This document shows positions 24,482 to 36,195 of a stretch of 64,000 nt of DNA, piece by piece. A program made the translations under genes and the position numbers. Under the pieces are notes generated by a model that was not told where the DNA came from, made no database searches, and saw only the letters and a program-made list of their open reading frames with translations. The first letter of the stretch is position 1. Every line of letters starts with the position of its first letter. Origin of the DNA: Rhynchopus sp. YZ270_cl-10 (lineage: Eukaryota); contig OZ037833.1 of the NCBI GenBank assembly GCA_964035575.1, positions 1,798,001-1,862,000 of the forward strand, given 5' to 3'.

Positions 24482-26791
24482 TTACGCATCTTCACTAGGC
24501 CGCCTGGATACTTCAGGGGAGGGTGACTGTGTCTCATCTTTTTTTGCCCCCTTTTTCGTTTTTTTTCCGAGGCAGTTCGCGCATTTTAGTCCGTGCTTGC
24601 GGAGTTGGAGGTTGTGGGCGAATTTTCCGCAGCGTGCGCAGCAGGCTTTAGATATCCCTGGGTATTTTGTGTTGAGGAGAGCGAGAACGCGTTTGTGGTG
24701 GTCTACTTGGTTGAGCGCAGCGTCATGCTGTTCACGCTCTTTTCTGAGATCTTCTTCGAAGGCGAGACGTTGCTGGAAGCTTTCCTTTTGCATGCCTTCA
24801 AAATCACGCGACAACTGTTCTGCACCTGCCTCTGCCTCCTTGCACCGCCGTCTTGCCTCTGCCGCAGCCTTCTCCGCTGCCTCCTTTCCTGCATCGGCAC
24901 TCTCCATCATCTGCATGGCCTCATCCAAGCGACTCTCGGCCTGCTCTGCCCTCCGTAGCGCCGCTTTCTCACCTTCACTAGGCCCTTCTCCTCTCTCTCT
25001 CCCCAGTGGCTGAGAGGACACCTCGGTTCTCTGTACTGTGGGAGATGACGGAGGGGTGGTCTGGGTGTCGGTGGACCTACAAATGCGTGGAGGTGAGGTC
25101 GGCTGGGTTGGGGCAGGAGAGGGTGTAGTGGGGGTGGGTGTGGTGGCGGTGGAGGTGGTCCCCATCCGCTCCTCATGCTTGCGGAGCAGCTTCTTCAGTT
25201 TGTCTGGGTGCGACATCTGGAGGAGCTTGGTCTCAACCGATTGTTGCATCGCCGCCGCTTTCCGTTCCCGTTTGCGCGCTTTTTGTTCTTGTCTGCGTGC
25301 TTCTCTTGTCTCTGCATCCGCATCCCTCAACCTATCCTCCAATCCCTTAATGATCTCCCTCTGTTGTGAAATGAATGTCTGCAAACACAACATCTCCGTC
25401 CCCTCCAATGCACCTTGTGCTGAAGGTTGCGCAGAAGAAGAAGGCACCCTCGGTGGCGACCCAATCCGCTCCCGCAGCGCTGAGATGTACGAATCTGCGT
25501 TGCCTTCGTGCTCTGGGGCAGGCGAAATCAGTGGTGTCCTCCGAGAGGCCGGAAGCTCATTGCCCCGCAGCTCGCGGAGCGACGACACCGCGACCGGAGA
25601 AGGAGATGCAGACCGTTCAGAGATATGCGGGGCAGATGAGTTGAGCACCTTAGTGTGCGCAAGGTAGTGAAGCTTCGGGGAAGGTGCTGGGGCGGTGCGG
25701 CGTGCCTTCATTGCGAGCACCTTGGCGGCTCGGCGTCTTGCTTCTAGTTGCGCAGCCTTCGCACTGCCAGTCACTCCACCACTACGTTGTGAAGGGGAAA
25801 TACCATATGCACCACCACCAGTCCCTGTGTGGCCTTCCATGCTGTAGCTGCGTCGTGGTGGTGGGGGGTTACGACGTTGTACTGATGTGTTTGGATTCCG
25901 TCCGGAGCGTGCAGTGGTAACAGCAGCAGGACGACGCATCTGGCGGGTCGCTCCACCACCACCACCACGCCCAGCCTTGCTCGGCTTCCTCGCTGGAGTA
26001 TCCTCTGAAGAATAGGTAGAAGAGCTGGACTCATCGTCGTCACTATAAAACCGTGGTTGCATTGCACGGAACTCCCCCCAAGAAAGCGGTACCGGATCGT
26101 CCGCCCGCAAATGACTCAAAAACACGAGAAGTTCCGCCTCGTCTCTGGTAAGATACTCCTGCTCGCTCAGTGCCCGCATCTCCGCATCTTGCTTCAGAGA
26201 GATCAACAGCGTGCCTACCCTTGCGTGCGACTCCCCTCCGCTTGCGTCGAAGAAGAACCGCTTCATGAGACCTGCGAAGTCTGGTGGGCTCTCAGGAGAG
26301 AGCACTGCAGGAGGGGGTGCCCTCTCGGGTTTCCCTGTGGGAGGCGTTCTGACGGGGACGGGTGAGGGTTCGGGGCGTTTTCGGATGGGGAGTGGGGTAG
26401 CGTCGTCATCTGTTTCTGATGAACCTTCGTCATTGGGTGCTACTGCTGCCTCTGCTGCCACTGCTGTGCCCCGGTACACAGCAGTCGCCTCCTTTGGGTC
26501 CTTCGTAGAGGCGGCAGAGGGTTGTTTCACAAGAGGGGCAGATTTGTCAGAGTCTTCGTCAGTATCAGAAGCCACCACAATCTGCTTCGGAGGGGGTTTG
26601 TCTGGCTTCGCGGTAGGCTTCTTCGCAGATTTGGTCATCGGAGCTGGCGCCTTATTGGGCGGGGAGGTAGGAGGGCCGGTAGGGGGTTTGTCACGTTGCT
26701 GTGCGACCGGTGTTGACGCAATGTCCTTTAAGTCAATCGCCTCATCGTCCGTCTCCTCGTCAGTGTGGAAGTCACCATCAGAGTCGGCCAT
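24482..26791 (-). CDS. Pro/Ser-rich coiled-coil protein with C-terminal CxxC...CxxC motif
   Basis: 769-aa ORF with coiled-coil segments, CARC...CANC near the C-terminus and a possible degenerate EF-hand-like region. Confidence 0.8.
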   Translation of the reverse strand: MADSDGDFHTDEETDDEAIDLKDIASTPVAQQRDKPPTGPPTSPPNKAPAPMTKSAKKPTAKPDKPPPKQIVVASDTDEDSDKSAPLVKQPSAASTKDPKEATAVYRGTAVAAEAAVAPNDEGSSETDDDATPLPIRKRPEPSPVPVRTPPTGKPERAPPPAVLSPESPPDFAGLMKRFFFDASGGESHARVGTLLISLKQDAEMRALSEQEYLTRDEAELLVFLSHLRADDPVPLSWGEFRAMQPRFYSDDDESSSSTYSSEDTPARKPSKAGRGGGGGATRQMRRPAAVTTARSGRNPNTSVQRRNPPPPRRSYSMEGHTGTGGGAYGISPSQRSGGVTGSAKAAQLEARRRAAKVLAMKARRTAPAPSPKLHYLAHTKVLNSSAPHISERSASPSPVAVSSLRELRGNELPASRRTPLISPAPEHEGNADSYISALRERIGSPPRVPSSSAQPSAQGALEGTEMLCLQTFISQQREIIKGLEDRLRDADAETREARRQEQKARKRERKAAAMQQSVETKLLQMSHPDKLKKLLRKHEERMGTTSTATTPTPTTPSPAPTQPTSPPRICRSTDTQTTPPSSPTVQRTEVSSQPLGRERGEGPSEGEKAALRRAEQAESRLDEAMQMMESADAGKEAAEKAAAEARRRCKEAEAGAEQLSRDFEGMQKESFQQRLAFEEDLRKEREQHDAALNQVDHHKRVLALLNTKYPGISKACCARCGKFAHNLQLRKHGLKCANCLGKKTKKGAKKDETQSPSPEVSRRPSEDA

Positions 26792-27729
26792 ATTTTGTCA
26801 ATGAACCCTCACAAAGCCTCAGATTGGATTCATCTATCGGTGTGTATGTCTGAGGGGTTGAGATAAGAGAAGTGAGGAGGTTTTAAAGCGAATATGGCTA
26901 AAAGTTATTTCATAATTAATTATACTATCTATTCTACTGAATAGAAGGTATAATAGGGTGCACAAAGCAAATAATAGATAATATGGATAAAAGGAAAAGA
27001 GAAAAAAAGAAAAAAAAAAAGAAATCTCTCGCATATTGTGCGGTTTTCAGAAGTCAACCAAAAAAAGAATCCTCTGAAGGCAGGAGGGGGAAGAAGAAGA
27101 AGAAAAAAAAATCAAACCTGGTGAATCAAAAGCTTCTTGATGGGATTTTCTCCTAATTCTACAAAGGGGCTGTGTGGAGGATGAGGGGAGGATAGGGATG
27201 CACGAATGACAAAGAAGCGCAAAAAAAAAAAAAAATCGAAGTGAAACTGAAAATACCTCTGTGAAAAAAAAAACGGCAAAAACGCTGAAAGTCGTCCATT
27301 TCGTTTGGATGGAGGTTTGGGAGGAATAAAAGAGAGAAAAAAAAATTTTTTTTGGTAAGATAGGAAGGGGCTACTTTGTTACCGAAAACATTACCTCCCG
27401 GTGGGTTTACACATGATTTGCCTACCCACATTTTCGGCAAAATAAAAGAAAACTTGACAGTATGCCTCTCGTGCACACATATCTATACATAGAACCACAA
27501 CACCAAACTGACTAATAGAAAGTACAAAGAAACACACATCCAAAACACCATGAGCAAAGCTGTAAAGCCCACTCAACGATCTGACGGCACTTGACTCCTC
27601 GGTTCTCTTACATAACACCACAGACGGTTCACACCGTTCAAGGGAAAGCCTCCTTGCTCAAACGCTATCCCCACCTAGCCTTGGCCAAACCACGTCAACG
27701 TGCTCCACTACGTAGCCCCATCCGCACTG

Positions 27730-28344
27730 CTACTTAGCATGCACATCGTCCGATTCCTGATACAACCCCAACCTCTGTGCTAGACGGCGGTACTTCGCTG
27801 TGGTGGCAATCCCGTTCGCCTTGCGCTCTTGTAAGGTGTTCATGTGCGCCTCACGTTTGCGACGGTTTTGCAAGAGTTTGAGCATTTTCCCGTTGCTCAC
27901 TTCGCGGATCATTTCAGACAGACGACGTTCGATATACGCACAGATCATAAGAACCCTATGCTGGAAGGTCTCCCTCTCGACCTCCAACAGCGTGATTTGG
28001 GAAAGCAGCTTTGTTCGTGTCCTCGTTGTTTGCAGCCCCACTAGCGATTGCTTTATCCGCTCAATCCGGTTGGCCCGCTGCAGAACCTTCGTGTCCAGCT
28101 CATACGTCGACTGGAACATAACCTCCAGCTGCTGCAAGATAGGTTCCTGTTCCGCCACAATATCACCCTTCGCCCTGAACCCCAGCCCTATATCACCAAA
28201 CCCCGCGACCTCCTGCGGCGTAGGCAGGTCCTCTCTCACCGAGTCCAGCACCAAGAAGACATTCGCAGCGTGGTCTCTTGCCTCATCAGAGGTCTTGATA
28301 CCTTCCATCAACGTACCCTCCATAATGCGGTATACAGCCCAATA
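27730..28344 (-). CDS. Hypothetical helical/coiled-coil protein, 5' end uncertain
   Basis: GC-rich ORF after a TTTTTCAG acceptor. It starts either at ATG 28323 or in an unresolved upstream exon. Confidence 0.7.
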   Translation of the reverse strand, partial: YWAVYRIMEGTLMEGIKTSDEARDHAANVFLVLDSVREDLPTPQEVAGFGDIGLGFRAKGDIVAEQEPILQQLEVMFQSTYELDTKVLQRANRIERIKQSLVGLQTTRTRTKLLSQITLLEVERETFQHRVLMICAYIERRLSEMIREVSNGKMLKLLQNRRKREAHMNTLQERKANGIATTAKYRRLAQRLGLYQESDDVHAK

Positions 28345-31300
28345 CTGAAAAAGGGGGAAATGCTGTACTGTACAGGGTGAATGGGGAGGGGGAGGATAGT
28401 GGTGGCATTGATAATTGCTCATCATAGTACATAATACACACACTACAGCTGTATGTGTATTATGTATTATGACACGCATTTATCACAATACAGCCAGAAG
28501 GAGGAAAGGGAAAGGGTTTGTGAAGCAATTCACACCCACTCGCTGGTGGGTAGCTGATGACGTGGTGCTGCTGTGCACCAGCGGGTTGCCCTAGATGAGA
28601 AGGAGGAGGAGAAGGTATGTGTACCGTGTGTTCCCACTATAGACCCCGCATTTTTTTTGTCAAAAAAATATTCGTCAAGACGAAATAGTTGGTTGAGAGA
28701 GAGAGAGAGAGAGTCCTTCGAAACAGCCAGGAAGTGCTTTGTTACAGACATTTTAGACCTAAAAAAGTATGACAGCAAAAAAAATAACAAAGCTCGCTCC
28801 AACCCTATAACATCGATGGTCGACCCGTGTGCGCATGGTATACGCGTAGACGCTTTCGGCACCAATGAAGGAACCTACTCACAGGGTGCCATTACCATCG
28901 TTGATAGAGCGCAGGTTTGCTTTGTGAAAATAGTAGGATCGGTAGGTAAGTGACGTTGTTTCATTGATTGCACAAATCCTCCTGTTTGAGGGATGATTTG
29001 GCGACCGTACCGATACTATTTCCCCTTTAAAGCAAACTTCTCAGGAATAAGAAAAAAAAAAGAGGGGAGAAGAAAAAGGAGAGGGAGAGGGGTAACGACG
29101 CACAATACAACACATATTACGTACCCCTTCCTCCCTCCCCCTTTCCCCCTTTATCAACTTCCCCATTTATGTGCCTTTTTTAGAACTTTTGGGGGAAACT
29201 GTGTGATAGAGAGAGGGGAGTAAATCGCCGGACCCAAAAAAGGACTGCTTTTTCCCTAAAGAAATTCTCCTGTATTGCAGCAAAAAAAGACGACGAAGAT
29301 ACCTTCTCGCAATATTATTTTTTTTGTCTGCAAAGCTGTGTAGGGCAGGACAAAAATCAGAAGAAGAACACAGCTGGAACGCAAAAAGGGAAACAAGCTT
29401 TTCATTCCCTCCCCCCCATCATCACGAAACAAGCTGTAACACATGACCGTACCTAGGATTGTACGGGAAGGCTATCATTACTTTACCCTATAGTATAGCA
29501 TGTCTCTCACGAATAAGACACAATAAAAAACACGCCTAAAACAAGCAAATAAAACTGGTGAATGTGTCTCGCGGTGGAGAGAAAAGGAAGAAAGAAAAAG
29601 ATGAAGCCGGCGGTGCGAACGCTCTTGGGTTTGAACGCAAGACACCAGAAAATAGCAAAAGGTATTAGCTTGTATCAAACATCGCCCTCCAAACTGAGAG
29701 CCTACACGATACACACTGCACAAAATACACCTTAACGAATTGGGCCCAGAGCCTTAGCGGTCTTAGGGGACTGTGTTTTTACCCTAGGGGGGAAAAGGGT
29801 AGGAGTACCATTGTGTTTATTTTAACGCCAAAAACCAAAAAAAAAAAAGGTTGAAAGTGGGTAGCGGTGGGTGGTAGTGGTAAAGGAAAAGTAACAAAAA
29901 AAAAGGAAAATAACTTGAAAGATGAGTGTGCCTCTCTGTGCACGCATCTCACAAGAAAAAGACGGATGCTGGAGTTGGAAACACACTCCAGAGAGAATTT
30001 TGTTTTAAAAAAAAATGTATAGGACAAATCACCCACCGTGGATGCGTGAACTCAAATCTCACCCTAATAGATTTGTTGTTATTTTGCCTGTTGGCTTAGT
30101 GTAGATGTCATTGAGACAGTCTTCACTATTTTTTGTTGTATCACATATAAAACCCATTTGAGAGAATACTGCCAAGGTCGATAACCAAAAAGCTTTTTTT
30201 TTCAGAAAATGGAGACTTCACATCGTTTCTTTCAAAACCAAAGAGAACAGAGGCAGTTTGTATTACCTCCTAATAAGCATTGCGACATATGCATCCAATA
30301 AATTGAGAGCATAAGAAGATATCTCTAAAAAAAAAAAACACGTAGACTCGACCAAAGGATAACTAGACGCGCGGGAAAGAACCAATTATATTATTTTTTT
30401 CGTTGAACGCGGCCAGAGGCTTCTGCCCCGTTGGGCGCAAAATGGTGCCAATGAAATGGATTGAAAACAAAGAAAATTTTGAAAGATGAATGTGCATCTC
30501 GTTGCGTACATATCTTTAAAAAAGAGAAGTTTTGTAAGATGAACTTAAGTCTCTCACTACTTTAGCCACCATGAAGGGAAAAAAAAAGTTATCAAAATGG
30601 GGAACCGCCTCCGGCCTTCCTGAGCTTTATTCCAGAACAAAAGAAGAAACAAAAAAATAGCACTCACGTTTTGTATAAGCTTATATCGGCAAAAAGGGGG
30701 TATTTTTCAGTTGGCAACATAAAAGGGGTGAAACCCGTTTTCCCTTTGCCTTCTTTTATAGTAGCACAGAGGGTGGGGCCGTTGCTGTAAGGTGTGGGGT
30801 TTATTTCAGGTTTTCTTTTAATGATTGTCTTCGGCCTCTCGTGGCTTAATCACTTTTAACCGATGAACGTGCCTCGATATGCACGTCTGTTGAAAAGAGT
30901 GAGTTGACAAAAATTTCTGTGGGGGAGTCCATGAGGGGGGGGTGGATGCGGTTTTGGAAAAATATAGCCATTTTGTTGTGTTGCATATCATGGGAACAAT
31001 ATGGCCAGCCCTTGACAAGAGAGGCTTGTTTCCATAACGGTTATGTGCTTGAAAATTAATTCGTATACATTCTTTTCTTAGCGAAACAAAAAGAATGCAA
31101 AGAGGGTGCAAAAAATGTACCCTTTCTTTTGCTTGAAAAAAAAAATACGGCAAGAAGACGCCCTAGGAAACTCGAAAAACCATGTGCTGCTTGGGGTTTC
31201 TATTCAAAGAGAAATGAGCCCACGAAAAAAAGGGGTAATTTTTGCACCACGATTTTGCAAAAAAAAGTGTGATTTGCGTAAGTCTTTCAAAAAACAGTCA

Positions 31301-31558
31301 AAAAAGAGGTCAACTTAAAAAATGAAGAAAAAGAGAGGTTGAAGGGTGCACAAACGCCTCACGGGATACCGGTGAACACAACGAAGAAAAAATGGAAATA
31401 TAAATCTCATGTGCACAACCATCTAAGAAAATTTTTGAAAATATGAACAAAAACCTCGCCGGTCCAGGCGATTCAGAACAAAAAAAATTAACACCTCTAA
31501 TTTTGTATGTCTTGTTTCGAGACACACGAACACAGTACAGCCGCATCCAAAAAAAAGA

Positions 31559-31671
31559 GTTGACTTGAAACACAACACACCCTCTCGTGAACAGTGTACC
31601 TTGGTATATGACCGGTGTACCGGGGGGTGGACCCCCAACCATGCAGTCCTACATCCATTTCGTGGTTTACA
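31559..31671. repeat. Family D structured element, copy 2
   Basis: Matches 7993-8099 and 41519-41629. Lies ~180 nt past the USP gene stop codon. Confidence 0.85.
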
Positions 31672-31854
31672 AAAAAAAGCGAAACTGAAGAGGAAACAAA
31701 ACGGACATAGAATTGCCCTTTTTTTCGGGTACGTATTGCATCATTTAAAAAAAACACTAAAAAATAATTCGCGCAGAGTAGTAAAAAAAAAAACGCACAC
31801 AATATGTAGATCCCTCCCCCCACACCCACCCCCACTCTCCCACCCCCCTTATTG

Positions 31855-33415
31855 TCATCTCGCGATGAGAATAGATCGTTGGGTGGCCGTTTGCAGAATT
31901 GATTGGGTGACTGCACCTTGGACCACCTTTTGCCAGCCGTCGATGCCGCGGGAGCCTAGCACTATGAGGTCACAGTTGAGGTGTCTTGCAACCTCCATGA
32001 TAATATCCGAGACAGTCGCTTTGCCTGGGTCTACAATACGCAGTTCTGTATCAATATCCTCAGCCTCAGCGAAGTCTGGGGACAATGTCTCTATTAGCTG
32101 GTTTTTCACACGTTCCACCTGCTTCTCTGCTGTCTGTACACGTTGACTCAAAATCGATTCATAATTTAAGTTTGGCTGCAAACTCGCCCGATCGTCACTC
32201 TGCGCTACCACCACCAACTTCGGCGCAGGCGTCACCACAGTACACACCACAACCTTGTCGCCCTTCTTAATGCTGTGCGCCAAATAGACGAGAGACCGTT
32301 CGCAATGTGGTGTTCCGTCGTAGCAGAAGAGAATGACACGGTTTTTGTCGAGGTTGGGCATGTTTGGGGAGGGTGGGGGGACGAGGAGAACGGCCTTCCC
32401 CTCGGGGCAGCTGTCGACAACGCCGGGGGAGACTTTGCGGGCGAAGAAGGTTTTCTCCTCTGCCTTCATCCCGAGGACGATGAGGTCGACGGAGAGTTCA
32501 TGCGCCTTCTCGACAAGGGCGCAGGCCTTTTCCTTGGTAGTGTTCTCGCAGGAGATGCTGATGTCTTGGCCCTCACGCAGGGTCAGCATCTGCTCGCGGA
32601 TCGCCTCCAGATGTGCCTTCGTCTCCTGGCCACGCTTTGTGGAGTGCTTCTTGTAGCAGTTGTATAAGTGTACTTTGTTGTCTTTGTGGCTGGCCATGAG
32701 TGTTGCATGGACAAGCCCCGTCGCATGGTCCTTCGCCTTCTTCTTATCAATGCCAACAAGAATCCGGAAGTTGCGTCGATCCTCCGGGGTAATAAGATTT
32801 ACACTCCCAGACTTCTTCTGCGACTTCGCATGGCTCTGAATGTAATAGTTCTTCTTCCGCGCTTCGAGGCGGTTTTCAAACGCGTCGGTGTCTTCCTGTG
32901 AGGGGTTTTTGAAAATGAAAAAAAAATGACAATACCTTTTCTTGCTTCAAGCGTTCGGCGTGGCGGTACTGAAGCCATTCTCTGTCTTTGCGTTCAAGCT
33001 CTTGCATGGTTTCGTCCCCGGGAAAGAGCTCCTCGGGGGAAGGGGCGGGGGGGATCGACGGAAGGACTAAGGAGCGGAGCGATCGGTTCATGGGTGTCCC
33101 ATCGCCACGTTGGGGGGTGAGTGGTGGGGACGACTGCTGCCGCGTTCTTGTGGTGGTCTCGGCAAGCTGCTTTTCGCGTTCGAAGCCCTCCTTCGACCTG
33201 TGTCCAGCAAGGCGTGAGAAACCTGAGTCCAGCGTCTGCACAGACAGCTTCTTCCCGCCCGCCGCCAACGGACACCCACCACCCGGTGCATCTGCAGGTT
33301 CTGCACCTGCAGACGCTGGGTCAACGTGTCGTCCCATCCCGATGGGTGGTTTGTTCAAAGAGGTGTTCAAAGACCTCGGCGCACTGCTGAACGAACCATT
33401 CGGGGATCGGTCCAT
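31855..33415 (-). CDS. Universal stress protein with two USP domains, 506 aa, 2 exons
   Basis: RILVGID...VDLIVLG and ILFCYDG...CDLIVLGSRG...GAVTQSILQTA motifs. A 40-nt intron at 32896-32935 (GTATTG..CAG) joins the two ORFs. Confidence 0.88.
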
Positions 33416-33659
33416 AGTGCACTCTTCTGCGTTGGGGTGAATGGGTTGGTAGGATTGTTATGGGTTGTAAAGGATGGGCAGGGTGGAGTGGATTTTTGGC
33501 AATGAAACTGGTGCACAATAACAAAATAAAAGGCCCCCCCATTCCCAAGAGAGATAGACACAAACTGTAACAAATAATAAAAAAAAAAACACCCGCGGAC
33601 AAAAAATAATGGCTTGATGAATACAAAAAAAGGGTGCTTTGCTAAAATGACTTTCTTTT

Positions 33660-35735
33660 CTACTGTTCGTTGTCGTCGTCGCTTTCGATGTCCTCTTCTT
33701 TTTCGTCGCCCTTTTTCTTGACTTTTCCGACGAGGGTTGTGTCAAGCGCGAGGTCTACGTATATGAGGGGGTGCGGCTGTTCGAAGTCGAGCACGGTGTG
33801 CATCATGCCGCAGTTGCTGAGCTTTTTGTGCTGCAGGTCTGAGAAAGACACTCCCTGCGGGAGAGTCGCATTCGGCGAGATCAACTGGTTCACTAGACCC
33901 CTGAAACAGTGTGAATGCCCGACAATCATTATGTTCTTATACGGAGACCAACGAATCAAATTAGCCAGCTCCCGCAGACGCTCCGAAAACTCCTCCTTGT
34001 TCTCTGCGTTGTCGTTCCACCAGCGCAGGTCTACCTGGGAATGATCGATTGCCGCGCAGTCAACTACGTTAGGGATGTGTCCATCGAAAAGCTTGGCCGT
34101 CTCAGTCTGCACCCGTTTGACGATGCCGACGCCGCGTTCGGAGCCGTTGGTGTCGCGACCACCACGGTTGCGTTTTTCTCTTGCGTAGCGTGTGAGGATG
34201 AGCTTGCGCTTGGTGGAGCGTATGATAGGGTTGACTCCTATGATGGCAGTCTGCGTGGCGCGTGTCAAGGGGCTTGCGTACACCACCTCGACCTCGGAGA
34301 AGAGCTTGCCCAAGCTGGACTCCTCCGTGCTGTGCATCGTCTCCTCCACCTGCGAGCAAAGGTGTTGTGCCTGCTCGCAGCCAAGCGCAGACAGCGGGTG
34401 GTCTGTTTCCTTGAGGCGGTCCACCACACCCGCAGACCCGCCCGCAGACTTCGCCGCATTCCAACGAGACTGCCCGTGGCGCACCAGGAATACGTTCTTG
34501 ACCAGTGGCGGCAGATTAGGGATAGTCAGCACCATAGCAGCCCCCTTCTTCATCGTCCGCTTGCACTTCACAGCTATCTGCAGCGTCTTCCCAGGCTTCA
34601 GAGACGCCAAAGGTGCCGTCGCGTCGCCGATGTACTGGTCCTCTCCAATGCTGGAGTTCCACACCCTGAACTCTACCGCAGACACCTCGCTCATGGTGCA
34701 CCCGAAGGAGCGGGTGACGTGCCAGTGGGGTTCGCAGGTGGAAGGCACGATGGGCCAGGTTACTTCGTCCCCGACCCATTTGTCTTTGTTTGTCTTTGCA
34801 CGGCATTTGACGAATGTGTCTGTGCAGCCTGCGGCGTCGAGCTGTGCCATAAGGAGCGTGATGCGGAGCTCGACGGCCTCAAAGCCTTTGGGGACTGCGT
34901 ACTTGGGGCTGCTCATGGGGAGGGAGTCGGTTTCGCGTATGGAGGAGCAGCGTGTGCACACACGCTGCGGCATGACGAAGCCCTGCACACGCATGCGCTG
35001 CGAGGAGCAGTCCCCACAGAAGACCTTCCCGCAGGCACGGCAGTGGTGGCGGCGGCGCTTCTGTGTGAACTCTGCCCAACAGAGGTCGCATTCGTGCGCC
35101 TCGCTGTCTGGCACCCAATTCTTCGTGGTCGGTGCGATGGACGTGCTGCAGCTTTTGCACACCTTCTGTGGGGTGCTGAACCCTGCAATCATCTGCCTCT
35201 GCTTCACACACGTTGCACAGAAGAGCAGCCCGCAGGCACGACAGTGGTGCCGCCTACGCGTCAGGTTGAATGCGCTCGCACAGCCGGTACAGGAGTGTGA
35301 CGACTCATCCCTCACCCACTCTGCAGCCTCCTCAGCAGTGTCCTCCATGCAGGTACAGGCACACTTCATGCAATAGTGGTTCGCGCAGTTCGCACAGCGT
35401 GAAGTAGGCACATTCGTGCAGTCCTGCGCAGCGCACACTGCCGTGAGGTGCTCCTCCTTCACCGCCATCATCACCTCCCCAAAGGCAACCTGCACCAGCA
35501 GCCGGTCCCCGCTCTTCTGCCGCCCAAGCACCTTCCCGCGCTTCCCGTTGATCTCTGTGCTCTTCTTGAGCCCCTCGCACACCACTGTCACCCCCTTGCT
35601 GTATCCATTCTCTGCATCGCTCCCCACCATTGTGCTCTGCGAAAAGCTCCGTGCACGGTCCATCTGACGGATCACCGAACGATTCGCTAACCCCCCAATC
35701 TGCCCTTCAGAAAGACCTTCTCTTTCTTGTTCATC
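33660..35735 (-). CDS. FYVE-FYVE-C2-histidine phosphatase (PGM-like) region, probably exon 2 of a gene starting at 40866
   Basis: Two W-x-x-D...RRHHCRACG FYVE domains, a C2-like DTFVK...VWNS...YIG segment, and phosphatase motifs LVRHGQS, SPLTRATQTA and VGHS. Confidence 0.9.
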   Translation of the reverse strand, partial: DEQEREGLSEGQIGGLANRSVIRQMDRARSFSQSTMVGSDAENGYSKGVTVVCEGLKKSTEINGKRGKVLGRQKSGDRLLVQVAFGEVMMAVKEEHLTAVCAAQDCTNVPTSRCANCANHYCMKCACTCMEDTAEEAAEWVRDESSHSCTGCASAFNLTRRRHHCRACGLLFCATCVKQRQMIAGFSTPQKVCKSCSTSIAPTTKNWVPDSEAHECDLCWAEFTQKRRRHHCRACGKVFCGDCSSQRMRVQGFVMPQRVCTRCSSIRETDSLPMSSPKYAVPKGFEAVELRITLLMAQLDAAGCTDTFVKCRAKTNKDKWVGDEVTWPIVPSTCEPHWHVTRSFGCTMSEVSAVEFRVWNSSIGEDQYIGDATAPLASLKPGKTLQIAVKCKRTMKKGAAMVLTIPNLPPLVKNVFLVRHGQSRWNAAKSAGGSAGVVDRLKETDHPLSALGCEQAQHLCSQVEETMHSTEESSLGKLFSEVEVVYASPLTRATQTAIIGVNPIIRSTKRKLILTRYAREKRNRGGRDTNGSERGVGIVKRVQTETAKLFDGHIPNVVDCAAIDHSQVDLRWWNDNAENKEEFSERLRELANLIRWSPYKNIMIVGHSHCFRGLVNQLISPNATLPQGVSFSDLQHKKLSNCGMMHTVLDFEQPHPLIYVDLALDTTLVGKVKKKGDEKEEDIESDDDNEQ

Positions 35736-36195
35736 CTGTAAAAGAGAATTTGTTTGTGCGTAAAGTGTGTAATAAATATGCTGTGGTGATATTTTTATTA
35801 CTGCAATACGCTCCCACTGACTACCTGGCAGTGAAGAGGAAACCTCATTGGCCAAAAAATAAAGCTATGGGCGGGTGGGGGGGAAGTGGTTAAAAGATTG
35901 TGTGTTGTGTTTGTATCGCGCCACTCAGGTCAAGTGTATTGATTTTTTCTCATAACCTCACCCTGCATTATTTCTTTTTTTTCAAAACCCATTGCAGGCA
36001 ACGAAGCGGGGTAAAAAAAAAAAAAAAATGATCTTTTTTCCCCCCCGGCCTCGCATTTTGCACCACAACAGGTTGGGGAATGAAAAAAAAAAGAAAAAAC
36101 GCATTTGATGAGAGTCAAGCCTTCTCAGTTGTCATCATCGTGGCAAAAACACACACACACACTCCCCCTCCCCCTCCCCCCAGCAACCTCCATAC

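Noticed and set aside
28554..28590. CTGATGA followed by a stem (hammerhead ribozyme or box C)
   Set aside because: No GAAA after the stem, no stems I/III and no paired box D.
35736..35855. N-terminus MANEVSS... of the 731-aa ORF
   Set aside because: TTG start and AT-rich intron-like sequence ending in TTTACAG.
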